Notes: a model not told the origin generated them from the sequence alone. A DNA stretch of 64,000 bases from an uncultured Gemmatimonadaceae bacterium (GCA_963716745.1 OY970320.1:1344001-1408000), one strand, 5' to 3'; numbered from the stretch's first letter, positions 33,205 to 44,016 are shown. Numbers and translations: made by a program.

Positions 33205-34793
33205 TCACGGAACTACAGTAGATCCTACGAGCAAAGTGCCGTCAGGATCCACCGTGATGCTCGCCGGCATCGCGCCCGTGACCGGCACCGTCACCACCGT
33301 CTCGTTCTGCGCGTTCACCGCGATCGTCTTGCGTTCGATGGTGCCGTCGAGCGCCTTGAACGCGAGCGGCAGCGAGGGCAGCCGGTAGCGCCCCCACGCC
33401 TGCGGCTGAATCTGCAGCACCGACACCTTCACCGTATGCGCCGTGCTATCCGGCGTCCAGTGCACCTCGAGCTTGGGATAGCCTGGCTGATAGAGCCACT
33501 GCTGGAAGAACCAGCCGAGTCTTTGCCCGGAGGACGCTTCGATCTTCTCCTGGAACTGCGCCGTGACCACCGACGTATCGCGATACGCGCGATAGTACTC
33601 GCGCACGCCGCGGAAGAACGCGCTGTCGCCCACCTGTTCCCGCAGCATGTGCAGGATCCACGCGCCCTTGGGGTAGACGTTCGCGTTGAGGAGCTTGTTC
33701 GGATCCTTCTCGAAGATGTCGACGACCGGGCGATTGAGCACCGCCGACTCGAGCCACGCGGCTTTGTCGGCTCTGAGGCCATACGTCATCACCGAGTCGC
33801 CGCTGAGCGCGGCGCCGACCACGAGATCGAAGTAGCTCGCGAATCCTTCCGAGAGCCAGAGGTGCGCCCAGTCGCGCTCGGTCACCGCGTCGCCGAACCA
33901 TTGGTGCGCCGTCTCGTGCCGCACGACGCCTTCGCGCATCGTGCGCTTCACGTACGGCTCTTCGGCGTAGAAGATCGCCGTCGCGTTCTCCATGCCTCCG
34001 TAGCGCGTGGATGATTCGACGTGCGCGAGCTTCGAGTATGGGAAGGGTCCGACGAGGCGCGACATCGTCTCCACGATCTCGGTAGCGCGCGCGAAGGGGC
34101 CGTCGTTCGCGAACGCGGAATCTTCGGCGTACGCCCATACTTCGATGGGGATCGTATCGTGCCCGACGATCGCCGGCCGGTGGGTGGCGACCGTCATCTC
34201 CGTGGAGCCGATGACCATCGTGTAGGTGGGGATCCGCGCGCTCTCCGTGCACGCGGCGACCGACATCCCCTTCGCGCACTGCGGCGCGTTGCTCACCGTG
34301 CGCCAGCCCTGCCGGCGCGTTCACCTTCCAGGCTACACGCGCCTTGTCGCTGGGATGGTCCACCGTGGGCAGCCAGTAGCGCGCACGATTCGGCCAATCA
34401 TCGCCGAACGCGGCGCGCCGTCCGCGCGCGTTGGTGCCGATGATGAGCCCATCGCTCGGCGTGCCGGAATAGTCGACGGTCACGCCATGCCAGCCGAGTC
34501 CGGGGGAAGGGATGCGGATGACTCTGCCGTCGTAGGTGAAGGGGATCGCCCTGCGTGTGTCCTGCTCGGTGACGCTGTCGACATGCATGCCGACGAGGTC
34601 GAGCCGGAGCATGTCGTCGTAGCCCGCCGCGGTGCGGAAGCGCACGGCCGCCTTGCCTACGATCGAGGCCCCGGTGTCCGGGATCGTGATCGTGAAGTGA
34701 TAGGAGGTGACGTCTACTCCTTTTTGCTGGGCCGCGGCCGCGAAGGGCGACAATGCCGCCAGGAGGCTCGCTAGGGCCGATTCGATTGCGCAT
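33205..34793 (-). CDS. Exported M1-family aminopeptidase (indels near 34310 and 34787)
   Basis: GGMEN, HETAHQWFG...WLSEG (HEXXH-X18-E), YPKG; signal peptide ending AAAQ. Confidence 0.92.
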
Positions 34794-34807
34794 GGCAGGA
34801 AAGATAG

Positions 34808-34901
34808 CGGGAAGCGGGAAGCGGGAAGCGCCGCGATGGGCGGGACGCGAGGACTCCCTGTCGTTTCGCTTCCCGCGGCGCTTCCCGCTTCCCGCTTCCC
34901 G
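34808..34901. repeat. (GGGAAGC)n/(GCTTCCC)n palindromic element with a perfect 28-bp inverted repeat
   Basis: CGGGAAGCGGGAAGCGGGAAGCGCCGCG (34808-34835) is the exact reverse complement of 34874-34901. Confidence 0.9.
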
Positions 34902-34934
34902 AAAAAAAGGCGCCCCGATCTCGATCGGAGCGCC
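34902..34934 (-). terminator. Rho-independent terminator after the M15 peptidase gene
   Basis: Minus strand GGCGCTCCGATC-GA-GATCGGGGCGCC followed by T7. Confidence 0.8.
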
Positions 34935-34959
34935 ATGACAGATCAGGCGGGCGGAGTAG

Positions 34960-35934
34960 TCAGCCCTGCCGTCCCCAGCGCGCACGCGTGCCGCGCGCGT
35001 CGACGTGCACGAAGGGGCCATGCCGGCGGTTGCCCTTGTAGATGCCGGCGCCGCCCACGAGTTCGGGGTGCGCGGCCTCGACGCGGTCGATCGCGTCGCG
35101 GATGATCTTGGCGTCCCGCCAGTCCACGCGATGGTCGTGGTTCAGGTCGGACATGCGGCCGCGGCCGTCGTTGTCAACGTAGATGTCGGCGGCGTCGCCG
35201 TACTGGTGGCGGCTGTCGCGCGCGCGGCCGCCCTCGCCAACGCCCTGCCGGTTGTACTCGGGGGTGCGGAAGCCGGACATCACGGCCAGGTGCGTCACGC
35301 GAACGCCGTGCGCGTTGAGGTCGGCGATGATCAGCTCGAGCTTATCGATGAGGCGCTCGCTCAGCACCATGTACTTCGGCCACACGTCCTGCTGGTCGTG
35401 CGTGAGGAAGTCGCGCAGCTGGAAGTGCTCGGAGACGAAGATCTGCTGGTTCTCAGGCGTGACCTCGATGAAGCCATCGGGGTTCGCGTAGAACTCGCTG
35501 AGCGGCGCTTTGCGCTCGTACGGCCAATTGCCCACGCGATACGTCCCGATACGGCCCTTCTGCTTGGCCGTGAACGGGATGAGCGTGAAGAAGGTGAATG
35601 GCTGGTCGAAGGTGCTGTCGCGCACGGCGTAGGCGCCGGGGCGTACGCCAGCACTGTCGCCAAACAGGCGCTGAAGTGTCGTCGACATTTCCCGCTTCGC
35701 GGGCGTCATGAAGCGAGCGCGGAGTTTGTGGCTGATGCCGGCCAGCGAGTCGAGCAGCGTGAAGAGACCGCTGACGACGAACGGATCACCCGGAGCTGGT
35801 GCCGGACTGCCGAAACCGCCGATCGTCGCGGCACGCGCAGGCGCGACGAAACCCGAAGCCATCACCGTCGCGAATGCGAAGGCGATCACCCCGAGCGCGC
35901 GCGGCAGGCGGCGACGGAACGGCGATTGGATCAC
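34960..35934 (-). CDS. Exported peptidase M15 family protein (MepK/YcbK-like peptidoglycan peptidase)
   Basis: SGFRTPEYN, SRHQYGDAADI (His/Asp Zn ligands), FVHVDARG; N-terminal signal peptide. Confidence 0.85.
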   Translation of the reverse strand: MIQSPFRRRLPRALGVIAFAFATVMASGFVAPARAATIGGFGSPAPAPGDPFVVSGLFTLLDSLAGISHKLRARFMTPAKREMSTTLQRLFGDSAGVRPGAYAVRDSTFDQPFTFFTLIPFTAKQKGRIGTYRVGNWPYERKAPLSEFYANPDGFIEVTPENQQIFVSEHFQLRDFLTHDQQDVWPKYMVLSERLIDKLELIIADLNAHGVRVTHLAVMSGFRTPEYNRQGVGEGGRARDSRHQYGDAADIYVDNDGRGRMSDLNHDHRVDWRDAKIIRDAIDRVEAAHPELVGGAGIYKGNRRHGPFVHVDARGTRARWGRQG

Positions 35935-35942
35935 TCGAGAAC

Positions 35943-36036
35943 CTCCCTGGCAACCAGACCAACAGCGAACGAAATGGTACCGCTGTCTCTTGGCTTTGCG
36001 CCCCGGTGTTCACACCGGTTTGCCCTGAGCAAGGAG
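35943..36036 (-). ncRNA. Cyclic-di-GMP-I (GEMM) riboswitch
   Basis: Minus strand CTCCTTG-CT-CAGGGCAAA-CCGGTG TGAA CACCGG-GGCGCAAAGCC-(P3 stem)-GGTTGC-CAGGGAG. Core AGGGCAAACC...GGCGCAAAGCC...GGTTGCC matches the Vc2-type consensus. P1 is CUCCUUG/CAGGGAG. Confidence 0.85.
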
Positions 36037-36167
36037 AACCCAACGACGGCCGTTAGCGGTTAGACGTTAGAACGGCGCTGGGAGCGGGGATGCGAACATA
36101 ATTAAGACGAGCGCGCAATGATAGTGTAACTCGTCAGAAATGTCGTAATTCTTGGCTGGCCGAGCGG

Positions 36168-37034
36168 TCAGTAAATGTAGACCGGGGTGCCAACCGCAAC
36201 AATGCTATACAAGTACGCGATATCCTCGTTCCGCAAACGGACGCATCCGTGACTGGCCGCGTGGCCAATTGAGTTCGGCTCGTCGGTCCCATGCAGGCCG
36301 TACCCATCCCCCAGATTCAACCGGTGCCCGCCCACCACCCATTTGTACTTTCGCTGGTTCGTGCCGAACGGCGGCACGACGATCTTGTTGTCGGCCACGA
36401 GTTCGTGCCCTTCGCTCGCCTCCAGCAGCTGCACGTGACCGTCGGGGAACACCCGCACGACATCGTCGCCACGCACTTCATACCACGACCCGTCGCTCAC
36501 ATTCACCTTCGACCCGCGCTTGAGCATCACCACACCATACCCGTGCTTCTTCGCCGCCATCTCCACGAAGTGCCAGTCGGGCGGCTGCCAATACGGATCC
36601 ATCTCCTTGTACTGCACGGTCAGCCGGCCGCGCGGCGTGTCGAACTTGTACTCCTTCCGCCCGCCGGTGGTCTGCACGAGCGACTTGCCGCTCCCCACCG
36701 CGACGCGCGTGGTATAGAGCGTGGTGTCGCCCTGCTTGAGCCACAGCCGGCGATCCTCGATGCTCACCACGATGTACTGCCCCACCGGCACGGTGTCGGG
36801 CGTGGACGCCAGCGCGTTCTGCAGCGAGTCCAATTCCTGGTCGGCGCGGCGCGTAAGCGAGTCGAGCACCCCATGCTGCTTGGTGACCACGAATTCATTC
36901 GCGTCGCGACGCCGCCGAGCCTGCACGGTCGCGAACAGCATCCCCGCCGTCACAGCGCCCGCGAGCACCATCGTCACGGTCATCACCCAGATCCCGGGCG
37001 GCGCGTCCTTCAGGACTTCCTTGACGGATCTCAT
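36168..37034 (-). CDS. Membrane-anchored L,D-transpeptidase (YkuD family)
   Basis: IVVSIEDRRL, VAVG, TPRG, YGLHGT...ASHGCVRL catalytic motif; N-terminal TM helix. Confidence 0.93.
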   Translation of the reverse strand: MRSVKEVLKDAPPGIWVMTVTMVLAGAVTAGMLFATVQARRRRDANEFVVTKQHGVLDSLTRRADQELDSLQNALASTPDTVPVGQYIVVSIEDRRLWLKQGDTTLYTTRVAVGSGKSLVQTTGGRKEYKFDTPRGRLTVQYKEMDPYWQPPDWHFVEMAAKKHGYGVVMLKRGSKVNVSDGSWYEVRGDDVVRVFPDGHVQLLEASEGHELVADNKIVVPPFGTNQRKYKWVVGGHRLNLGDGYGLHGTDEPNSIGHAASHGCVRLRNEDIAYLYSIVAVGTPVYIY

Positions 37035-37035
37035 A

Positions 37036-37725
37036 TCAATAAACGTACACCGGGGTGCCAGGGGCGAGATTGGGCATGATGGCGCGGAGGTCCTCCGCGC
37101 TGGCCCTGACCGCCCCTGGGAGCACGTAGGCGCTGTCTCTGAGCGGTCCTGACGCCGGCTGTGAATAGATCACGGCGCCTCCCTCCAACAGGATCGCCAC
37201 TGGTCCCAGCGCGCCGGCGACCATCGAATCCGCCGGCACCGCCAGCCGCCGGTCGGTATACACCCAGCGCGGCACCGGCCACTGGTCGGCCGGCCCCAGC
37301 ACGCGCTGCACTACGAACGGCCCACGCGGCACACCCGTGGTGCTCGTGTCGCCGCGCTGCACGCTGCGCGAGACGCCCAGCTTCACCGGGAACCGTCGCA
37401 GCGTCGCGCCCTCCTGCATGAGCGACAACTGCGCGCTGTCCACGTCCACCGAGAGATGCAGCGCCTTGCCGTACATCGCCTCGCGGCGCACGAGCTCCAG
37501 CCTCACGCGCTCCTGCGCGCCGCGTGAGTCGGCCAGCGCGTCGCCGCGCTGCCGCTGGCTCTCGTTCATGGTCGCGCGCAGCGCCTCGATCTCGGCGGCG
37601 TAGTTCTTCTGGCGCTCCACCAGCAGCAGGTCGATCGCCACGAGCACCGCGATGATGAGCAGCACGCCGGGAAGGAACCCCGGGTACTGCTCTCGAAAAT
37701 CGCGGAACCGGATCTCAGTGAACAT
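37036..37725 (-). CDS. L,D-transpeptidase-like protein lacking catalytic His and Cys
   Basis: [28 protein letters not shown] and C-terminal GTPVYVY parallel the neighbouring Ldt, but the HGT...SHGC positions read YSQ...LPGA. Confidence 0.75.
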   Translation of the reverse strand: MFTEIRFRDFREQYPGFLPGVLLIIAVLVAIDLLLVERQKNYAAEIEALRATMNESQRQRGDALADSRGAQERVRLELVRREAMYGKALHLSVDVDSAQLSLMQEGATLRRFPVKLGVSRSVQRGDTSTTGVPRGPFVVQRVLGPADQWPVPRWVYTDRRLAVPADSMVAGALGPVAILLEGGAVIYSQPASGPLRDSAYVLPGAVRASAEDLRAIMPNLAPGTPVYVY

Positions 37726-37744
37726 CAGTCGATGGTCCGGCGGG

Positions 37745-38788
37745 TCACCGCTGCACGATGCGCTGCACGTCCAGCACCGGCACGCCGCTCGGATCGCTGC
37801 GTCCATAGCGCACCTTGGCGAGCACCACGATGTTCGAGAGCGGCTTGAGCTCGCGCGCCATGTCCATGAGCGACGGCGGCAGCGCGAGATACAGCAGCGA
37901 ACTCTCGCTCCCGGGGCCGCGCGCGAGCAGATACGGCTCCTCGAGCCGGAGTCCCTTCCGCAGCGGATCGGCCGTCTGGTACGCCACTACCTGCACCACC
38001 CATCGCACGGTCTGCCCTTTGTAGCGATCGGGATCCGCGCGCAGGTCGGCCGCCGAGATGCTGCTGATCGGCACGCTGTCGAGCGGAATGAGATCCTGCT
38101 GCTTCACCCAGCCTTCCATGGTCACGTGCACCCAGCCGCGTTCGCTCGGCCCGGTCACGAGTCGCGTGGCAGAGTCCAGCGTGCCGAGCACGGCACCGGT
38201 GGGCGCCGCGTGGATGGTCGTGCGTCGCGCGACGGCCACGTCGCCCGGCAGCGATTCGGCGGTGGCGCTCGGCATCGGTTCGGCGGCTACCGTGGCCGCT
38301 GTGGCCGGGGCGAGGGGCGGAGCCGGCTTCGGGACGGCCGCCGGCGACGCGGCCGCCACTGGTTTCGGCGCGCCCGCGCGCACGGTGCTCGAGAGCACCC
38401 AACCGCTTCGCCGCACGTGGGCCCACTGTGCCGTGCGCGCGATCAATTGCATGCCCAAGCCGTCCTCGAGCTGCGCGACGACGGGCGCGGTGCGATCGGC
38501 GCCGGCGCGCATGAGCGCACCGATCGACGATTTGGCGGAGAGCGGAAAGCTGTCCTTCGCCGGGCCGATCACGCTCACATGCAGCCATCCCTCGACCATC
38601 ACGCGCGACCAGGATCCGCTCGTGCCGAGCAACTGCACCGCGGAATTCGCGCGCAGCGCGGCGATCTCGTGGCCGTCGGGTGCGACGCGCAACGATACCG
38701 GCGCCGTGACCGTTCCGGCGGCGGGTGTCTGCGCGAGCAGCGCCACCGGCAGCAGGAGAGCGAGGAGTGCCAGGCGTTCAGAGCGCAT
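37745..38788 (-). CDS. Exported SH3b-repeat protein
   Basis: Signal peptide; three units of the type LRVAPDG..IAAL...[29 protein letters not shown]; Pro/Ala linker. Confidence 0.75.
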   Translation of the reverse strand: MRSERLALLALLLPVALLAQTPAAGTVTAPVSLRVAPDGHEIAALRANSAVQLLGTSGSWSRVMVEGWLHVSVIGPAKDSFPLSAKSSIGALMRAGADRTAPVVAQLEDGLGMQLIARTAQWAHVRRSGWVLSSTVRAGAPKPVAAASPAAVPKPAPPLAPATAATVAAEPMPSATAESLPGDVAVARRTTIHAAPTGAVLGTLDSATRLVTGPSERGWVHVTMEGWVKQQDLIPLDSVPISSISAADLRADPDRYKGQTVRWVVQVVAYQTADPLRKGLRLEEPYLLARGPGSESSLLYLALPPSLMDMARELKPLSNIVVLAKVRYGRSDPSGVPVLDVQRIVQR

Positions 38789-38875
38789 CGCTGGATGGGG
38801 CGTGAGCGGAGGGGTAGATTTCACGAGGGGCGCGTGGCGCGCCGGAACATAGTCTTTCACACGTACCGAGCAAAG

Positions 38876-40427
38876 ATGCCTGAGCGGCGCAAGCGCCCGG
38901 TGATCCTCGTCGTGCTCGACGGCTGGGGTCATCGCGAAGAGCGCGAAGGGAACGCGATCGCGCTCGCGCGAACGCCCAACTGGGACGCACTGTGCGCGCG
39001 GCATCCGCGCACGTTGCTCGACGCGTCGGGGCTCGCTGTAGGACTCCCCGCGGGACAGATGGGCAACAGCGAAGTGGGCCATCTGAACCTCGGCGCGGGG
39101 CGCGCGATCCCCACCGATCTCGTGCGCATCGACACCGCCATCGCCGACCGCTCGTTCTTCGAGAATGCCGAACTCGTGCGGCTCTTCCGCGCCGTGAAAG
39201 CGCGCGGCGGCACGCGTGCATCTCGCGGGGCTCGTCGGCGACGGCGGCGTGCACGCCTGCGACCGGCATCTCTTCGCGCTGTTCGAACTCGCGGAGCGCG
39301 AGAAGATGCCGCGCGTCGCGCTGCACGCGCTGCTCGACGGCCGCGACACACTGCCGCGTTCGGGGCTCGGGTTCATGCGCGAAACGATCGACCGCGCGAA
39401 GGGGCGCGCCGTGGTGGCGTCGCTCGGCGGCCGCTACTTCGGCATGGACCGCGACAAGCGGTGGCCGCGCACGGAGAAATGGTACCGCGCGATGGTGGAC
39501 GGTGCGGGCCCGCGTGCCGCGGATCCACTCGCCGCGATCCAGGCCGCTTACGACCGGGGCGAGAGCGATGAGTTCGTGACGCCCGTCGTGATCGAACAGA
39601 ATGGCGCCCCACTGGCGCCCGTGCGCGACGGCGATGGCATCGTGCTGTTCAATTTCCGCGCCGACCGCATGCGCCAGATCGTGCGCGCGCTCACGGACCC
39701 GAAGTTCGATGGATTCGATGTGGCCGCGCGTCCCACGATCGATCTCGCGTCGATGACGATGTACGACGAGACGTTCACGCTGCCGGTGGCGTTCCCGCCG
39801 ATCACGCTCGCGCGCATCGTCGCCGAGGAAGTGAGCGCGCGCGACATGACGATGTTCCGCACCGCGGAAACGGAGAAGTACGCGCACGTGACCTATTTCT
39901 TCAACGGCGGGTATGAGACGCCGTACAAGGGGGAAGTGCGCGAGCTCGTGCCGAGTCAGCAGGTCGCCACGTACGATCTCGCGCCGGAGATGAGCGCGGC
40001 GGGCGTGACGGACGTGCTCTGCGCGGCGATCGCGAGCCGTGAGCACGATTTCATCCTCGTGAATTACGCGAACGGCGACATGGTGGGGCACACCGGCGTG
40101 ATCCCCGCCGCGATCAAAGCGGTGGAGACCGTGGATGCCTGTCTGGCTCGCGTGCTCGACGCGGCGGCGAAAGCGGAGGCCCGCGTGCTCGTCACGGCCG
40201 ACCATGGCAATTGCGAGATGATGATCGATCCGGAGACGGGCGGGCCGCATACGGCCCACACGACGAACCCCGTACCCATTATCGTTGTAGACCCCGACGG
40301 CGCGCGGAAACTGCGCGCCGGCGGCGCACTGAGAGATGTGGGGCCGACCATTCTGTCGATGCTGGGCATCGACCGGCCGCCGGAAATGACCGGCGTTGAC
40401 CTTAGAGAATCTGGAGCGAGGGCGTGA
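38876..40427 (+). CDS. gpmI: 2,3-bisphosphoglycerate-independent phosphoglycerate mutase (indel near 39213)
   Basis: [48 protein letters not shown]. Confidence 0.97.
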
Positions 40428-41191
40428 GGCATATCCTGGCAAGCTTGGCGGTACTGGTCGCGTTCACGGCGGTGGCAGGTGCGCAGGACAGCACGGCGGT
40501 ACCAGCGAAGCCCGACACCGTGGCGAAGCTCAAACCCGACACTGTGGCGAAGCCTGATACCACGCCGAAGCCCGTTCACATCGCGTCACCGTACCAGGAC
40601 TTCAACCAGCTCCAGGCCTTCCAGCTCGATGTCGGCTATTTCGCCGGGAATACGGGCGACGCCGGCGTAGGGCCGCAGGGCGCGCCGATCGCCAATCTGA
40701 GTTACGGCCTGCACATCGGCGGTGCGGCGTTCGGATTCGGCACCGTCGGCTATACCAACTCGAAGAGAACGGTGCTCGATGCCGCACTGCCGGCGGGACA
40801 GCACAACATTGGCACGATCTCGGACCCGCTGATCTTCGTGAACCTCGGAGTGCTGCTCGCGATGACCGGCGAGAAGACATGGCACAACATGGTGCCATTC
40901 GTCGGGTTCACGACCGGCGTCGCGCTCAGCACGCAGCCTGCGGATGTGAGCGGCTACCAATTCGGAACCAAGTTCTTCTTCGGACTCGGCGCGGGACTCC
41001 GCTACCGCCTGAAGCGACCGTGGGTGCTGAACGTCGCCCTGTGGGACTATCTCTGGCAGCTGCACTATCCGCAGAGCTACTTCAATCAGGGGCCCGTCAA
41101 TTCGATCCTGCCGCCGAATTCGCCGAATCAGCAGTTCCTGAACAACGGCGTGTTCACGGTCGGCCTCACGTACGTCTTTAAGTCGCTCTAG
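40424..41191 (+). CDS. Putative outer-membrane beta-barrel protein
   Basis: Signal peptide, (KPDT)x3 linker, amphipathic strands (GLGAGLRYRL, FTVGLTYVF). Confidence 0.65.
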   Translation: MRHILASLAVLVAFTAVAGAQDSTAVPAKPDTVAKLKPDTVAKPDTTPKPVHIASPYQDFNQLQAFQLDVGYFAGNTGDAGVGPQGAPIANLSYGLHIGGAAFGFGTVGYTNSKRTVLDAALPAGQHNIGTISDPLIFVNLGVLLAMTGEKTWHNMVPFVGFTTGVALSTQPADVSGYQFGTKFFFGLGAGLRYRLKRPWVLNVALWDYLWQLHYPQSYFNQGPVNSILPPNSPNQQFLNNGVFTVGLTYVFKSL

Positions 41192-41195
41192 CCGG

Positions 41196-41615
41196 ATGCC
41201 GCGCGCCGCACTCACTCGCCGGGTGACCTTCGCTGCCGCGCACCGGTACCGTCGCGCCGAGTGGAGCGACGCGAAGAATCACGAGGTCTTCGGTGCGTGC
41301 GCGAACCCACATTTCCACGGGCACGGCTACGCCTGCGAAGTGACCGTGCGCGGCGAGGTGGATCCGACCACCGGCATGGTGATCGATCTCGGCGTGCTCG
41401 ACCGCGTGCTGCGGGATGAAGTGATCGCGCGGTTCGACCACCGGAATCTCAACCTCGAAGTGCCGGAGTTCGGCGAGGGCGGGATGATCCCGACGGGTGA
41501 GAATCTCGCGCGCGTGATCGGCGAGCGGGTGCAGACCGCGCTGGGCTCGCGCGTGTCCGTCGCGCGCGTGGTGGTGCGAGAGGACGAGTCGCTCTCCGCG
41601 GAATGGGCCCCCTGA
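41196..41615 (+). CDS. 6-pyruvoyl-tetrahydropterin synthase/QueD-family protein (CX5HGH motif)
   Basis: FAAAH, CANPHFHGHGY, GMVIDL, FDHRNLN, TGENLA. Confidence 0.9.
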   Translation: MPRAALTRRVTFAAAHRYRRAEWSDAKNHEVFGACANPHFHGHGYACEVTVRGEVDPTTGMVIDLGVLDRVLRDEVIARFDHRNLNLEVPEFGEGGMIPTGENLARVIGERVQTALGSRVSVARVVVREDESLSAEWAP

Positions 41616-42247
41616 CCTGCGCGGGAGCGATCCTCGCCGGCGGCGAGGCGTCGCGGTTCGGCGGCGAACCGAAGGGACTCGAGCGGGTTGGCGGCGTTCG
41701 GATCATCGACCGCGTGGCGCTCGCGCTCGCCGGCGCGGCCGACAGTCTTCTGCTCATCGCGAACGACCCGCTGGCGACCTCGTGGCTGCCGGGCGTGCGC
41801 GTGGCGGCGGACATCCACCTGGGACGCGGCACGCTCGGCGGCATCCACGCGGCGCTCGTGCGCGCGGATTCACCGGTACTGGTGGTGGCGTGGGACATGC
41901 CCTTCGTGCCAACGTTGTTGCTGCGCGAGTTGCGCGCGCTCGGCGAACAAGGGCACGATGTAGCGATCGCCGAGAGCACGTCGCGGCGCGGTGTGGAGCC
42001 GCTGTGCGCCTGGTACGCGCCGTCGTGCGTGGCGGCGATTGAGCGGGCGCTGGCGGCGGAGCGCGGCGAGGTGATCGCGTTCTTCGGCGAGGTGCGCGTG
42101 GCGCGGCTGCCGGCGGCCGCCGTCGCGACGCACGGCGATCCGGCGCGCATGTTCATGAACGTCAATTCCCCGGACGAGCTCAAACTCGCGGAGCGGTATG
42201 CCTCGACCCCCGATGGTGGCGATCGTCGGCCGAAAGCATCACGGTAA
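41603..42247 (+). CDS. mobA: Molybdenum cofactor guanylyltransferase
   Basis: ILAGGEASRFG..K, DMP, EPLCA, FMNVNSP. Confidence 0.92.
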   Translation: MGPLTCAGAILAGGEASRFGGEPKGLERVGGVRIIDRVALALAGAADSLLLIANDPLATSWLPGVRVAADIHLGRGTLGGIHAALVRADSPVLVVAWDMPFVPTLLLRELRALGEQGHDVAIAESTSRRGVEPLCAWYAPSCVAAIERALAAERGEVIAFFGEVRVARLPAAAVATHGDPARMFMNVNSPDELKLAERYASTPDGGDRRPKASR

Positions 42248-42728
42248 GACCACGCTCGTGGTGCAGCTCGCGGCGGAGCTGACACGGCGCGGACATCGCG
42301 TGATGACCATCAAGCACGGCTCGCACACGTTCAATCTCGACCCCGAGGGTACGGACACCTATCGCCACTATCACGAGGGCGGCGCTGAGCGCGTGGCGAT
42401 GGCGTCGCCCGACAAGTTCGCGTTGGTTTCGCGGTGGTCCGAGGAACTGACGCCGGAGGAGATCGCGGAGCGCTACTTGGCGGACGCGAGCGTAGTGCTG
42501 TGCGAGGGATTCAAGGCGAGCGCGATCCCGAAGATCGAAGTATTCCGCCGCGCCGCGGGCAAGGATCCGTTGTACGTGGAAGGCTCCGAACTCGCGGCGC
42601 AGTACATGGCGATGATCACGGACGACGAGACGCTGGAGTTCGATGGGATCCGGATGTTCCGTTTCTCTTCCGCCGATTGGCTCCCCTCGCTCGCGGAGTT
42701 GATCGAGAAGACCGTAGTGCGTTCCTAG
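42198..42728 (+). CDS. mobB: Molybdopterin-guanine dinucleotide biosynthesis protein B
   Basis: G...GKTTL, IKH, GTDTYR, EGFK..PKIEV. Confidence 0.92.
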   Translation: MPRPPMVAIVGRKHHGKTTLVVQLAAELTRRGHRVMTIKHGSHTFNLDPEGTDTYRHYHEGGAERVAMASPDKFALVSRWSEELTPEEIAERYLADASVVLCEGFKASAIPKIEVFRRAAGKDPLYVEGSELAAQYMAMITDDETLEFDGIRMFRFSSADWLPSLAELIEKTVVRS

Positions 42729-42759
42729 CAAGTCCCGAGTCCCGAATCCCGAGCCGTAC

Positions 42760-44016
42760 ATGCACTCCGTCCCCGACGCCTCCGCGAAGATCCTCGCAAG
42801 AATACGGACTCTCGACTCGGAGTCCGTCGCGCTCGCGGATCTCCTTGGGCGCGCGATGATCAGTCCCATCATTGCGCCCTTCACCGTTCCGCCCTGGGAC
42901 AACTCGGGCATGGATGGCTACGCGGTGCGCGCGGCCGACATCGCCGGCGTGAGCGATGCGACTCCCGTGACGCTTCCGGTGAGCGACGACATCGCGGCCG
43001 GAAGATTCCCGCGCGGACCGCTCGCGCCGCGCAGCGCCGCGCGCATCATGACCGGCGCGCCGGTGCCCGCCGGCACGGATACCGTGATCCGCGTGGAGGA
43101 CACCGATGGCGGCCTCGAGCGCGTCGCGATCAAGAACGTCCGCGACGCGATGAAGAACGTGCGCCGCCGCGGCGAAGATTTCGGCGAAGGGGATCAGCTG
43201 CTCGCCGCGGGCACGGCGATCGGACCCGCCGAGGTCGGCGTGCTCGCGTCGGTGGGGATCGCGCGCCTCGACGTGCCGCGGCGGCCGCGCGTCGCGTTCA
43301 TGTCGAGCGGGGATGAGATCGTGGATCTCGACCAGATCGCCGACGTGAAAGCAGGAAAGAAGATCTTCTCCAGCAACAGCTACGCGCTCGCGGCGCTGAT
43401 CGTCGCGAACGGCGGCGTGCCGATCGACCTCGGCATCGCGCGCGATGAGCCCGCGGACATCGAGGCGCGCATCCGGCGAGGGCTCGCGGAGCGCGCCGAT
43501 CTCGTGATCACCAGCGCCGGGATCTCGGCGGGCGAGCACGACCACGTGCGCACCGTGCTCGCTGCGCTCGGCCTCACGCTCGAGGTGTGGAAAGTGCGCT
43601 TGCGACCCGGCGCACCGCTCGGGTTCGGCATGCTCGGTAACACGCCATGGATCGGACTGCCAGGCAATCCGGTGTCCACCATGGTCACGTTCGAGCTGTT
43701 CGTGCGGCCGGTGCTGCGGCGGATGCTCGGCCATCGATTGCTGCACCATCGTCCTGTGCCGGTCACCGTTGAGGAAGTGATCGTCACCGGGGCCAAGCTC
43801 ACGCACTTCATGCGCGCGGTGGTCACCATCACGGCGGATGGCACGCGCACGGCGCGCCTCACCGGACCGCAGGGTTCCGGCATCCTCACAAGCATGACGC
43901 GCGCGAACGCGCTCCTCATCGTGCCGGAGGACAAGCCGCGCGTGAACGCGGGCGAGCAGCTCAACGCGATCATGCTCGGCGAGAGCGCGCTCCTCGACGC
44001 ACAGCTCGCGCTTTGA
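42760..44016 (+). CDS. moeA: Molybdopterin molybdenumtransferase
   Basis: NSGMDGYA, RIMTGAP, SGDE, GLPGNPVS. Confidence 0.96.
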   Translation: MHSVPDASAKILARIRTLDSESVALADLLGRAMISPIIAPFTVPPWDNSGMDGYAVRAADIAGVSDATPVTLPVSDDIAAGRFPRGPLAPRSAARIMTGAPVPAGTDTVIRVEDTDGGLERVAIKNVRDAMKNVRRRGEDFGEGDQLLAAGTAIGPAEVGVLASVGIARLDVPRRPRVAFMSSGDEIVDLDQIADVKAGKKIFSSNSYALAALIVANGGVPIDLGIARDEPADIEARIRRGLAERADLVITSAGISAGEHDHVRTVLAALGLTLEVWKVRLRPGAPLGFGMLGNTPWIGLPGNPVSTMVTFELFVRPVLRRMLGHRLLHHRPVPVTVEEVIVTGAKLTHFMRAVVTITADGTRTARLTGPQGSGILTSMTRANALLIVPEDKPRVNAGEQLNAIMLGESALLDAQLAL

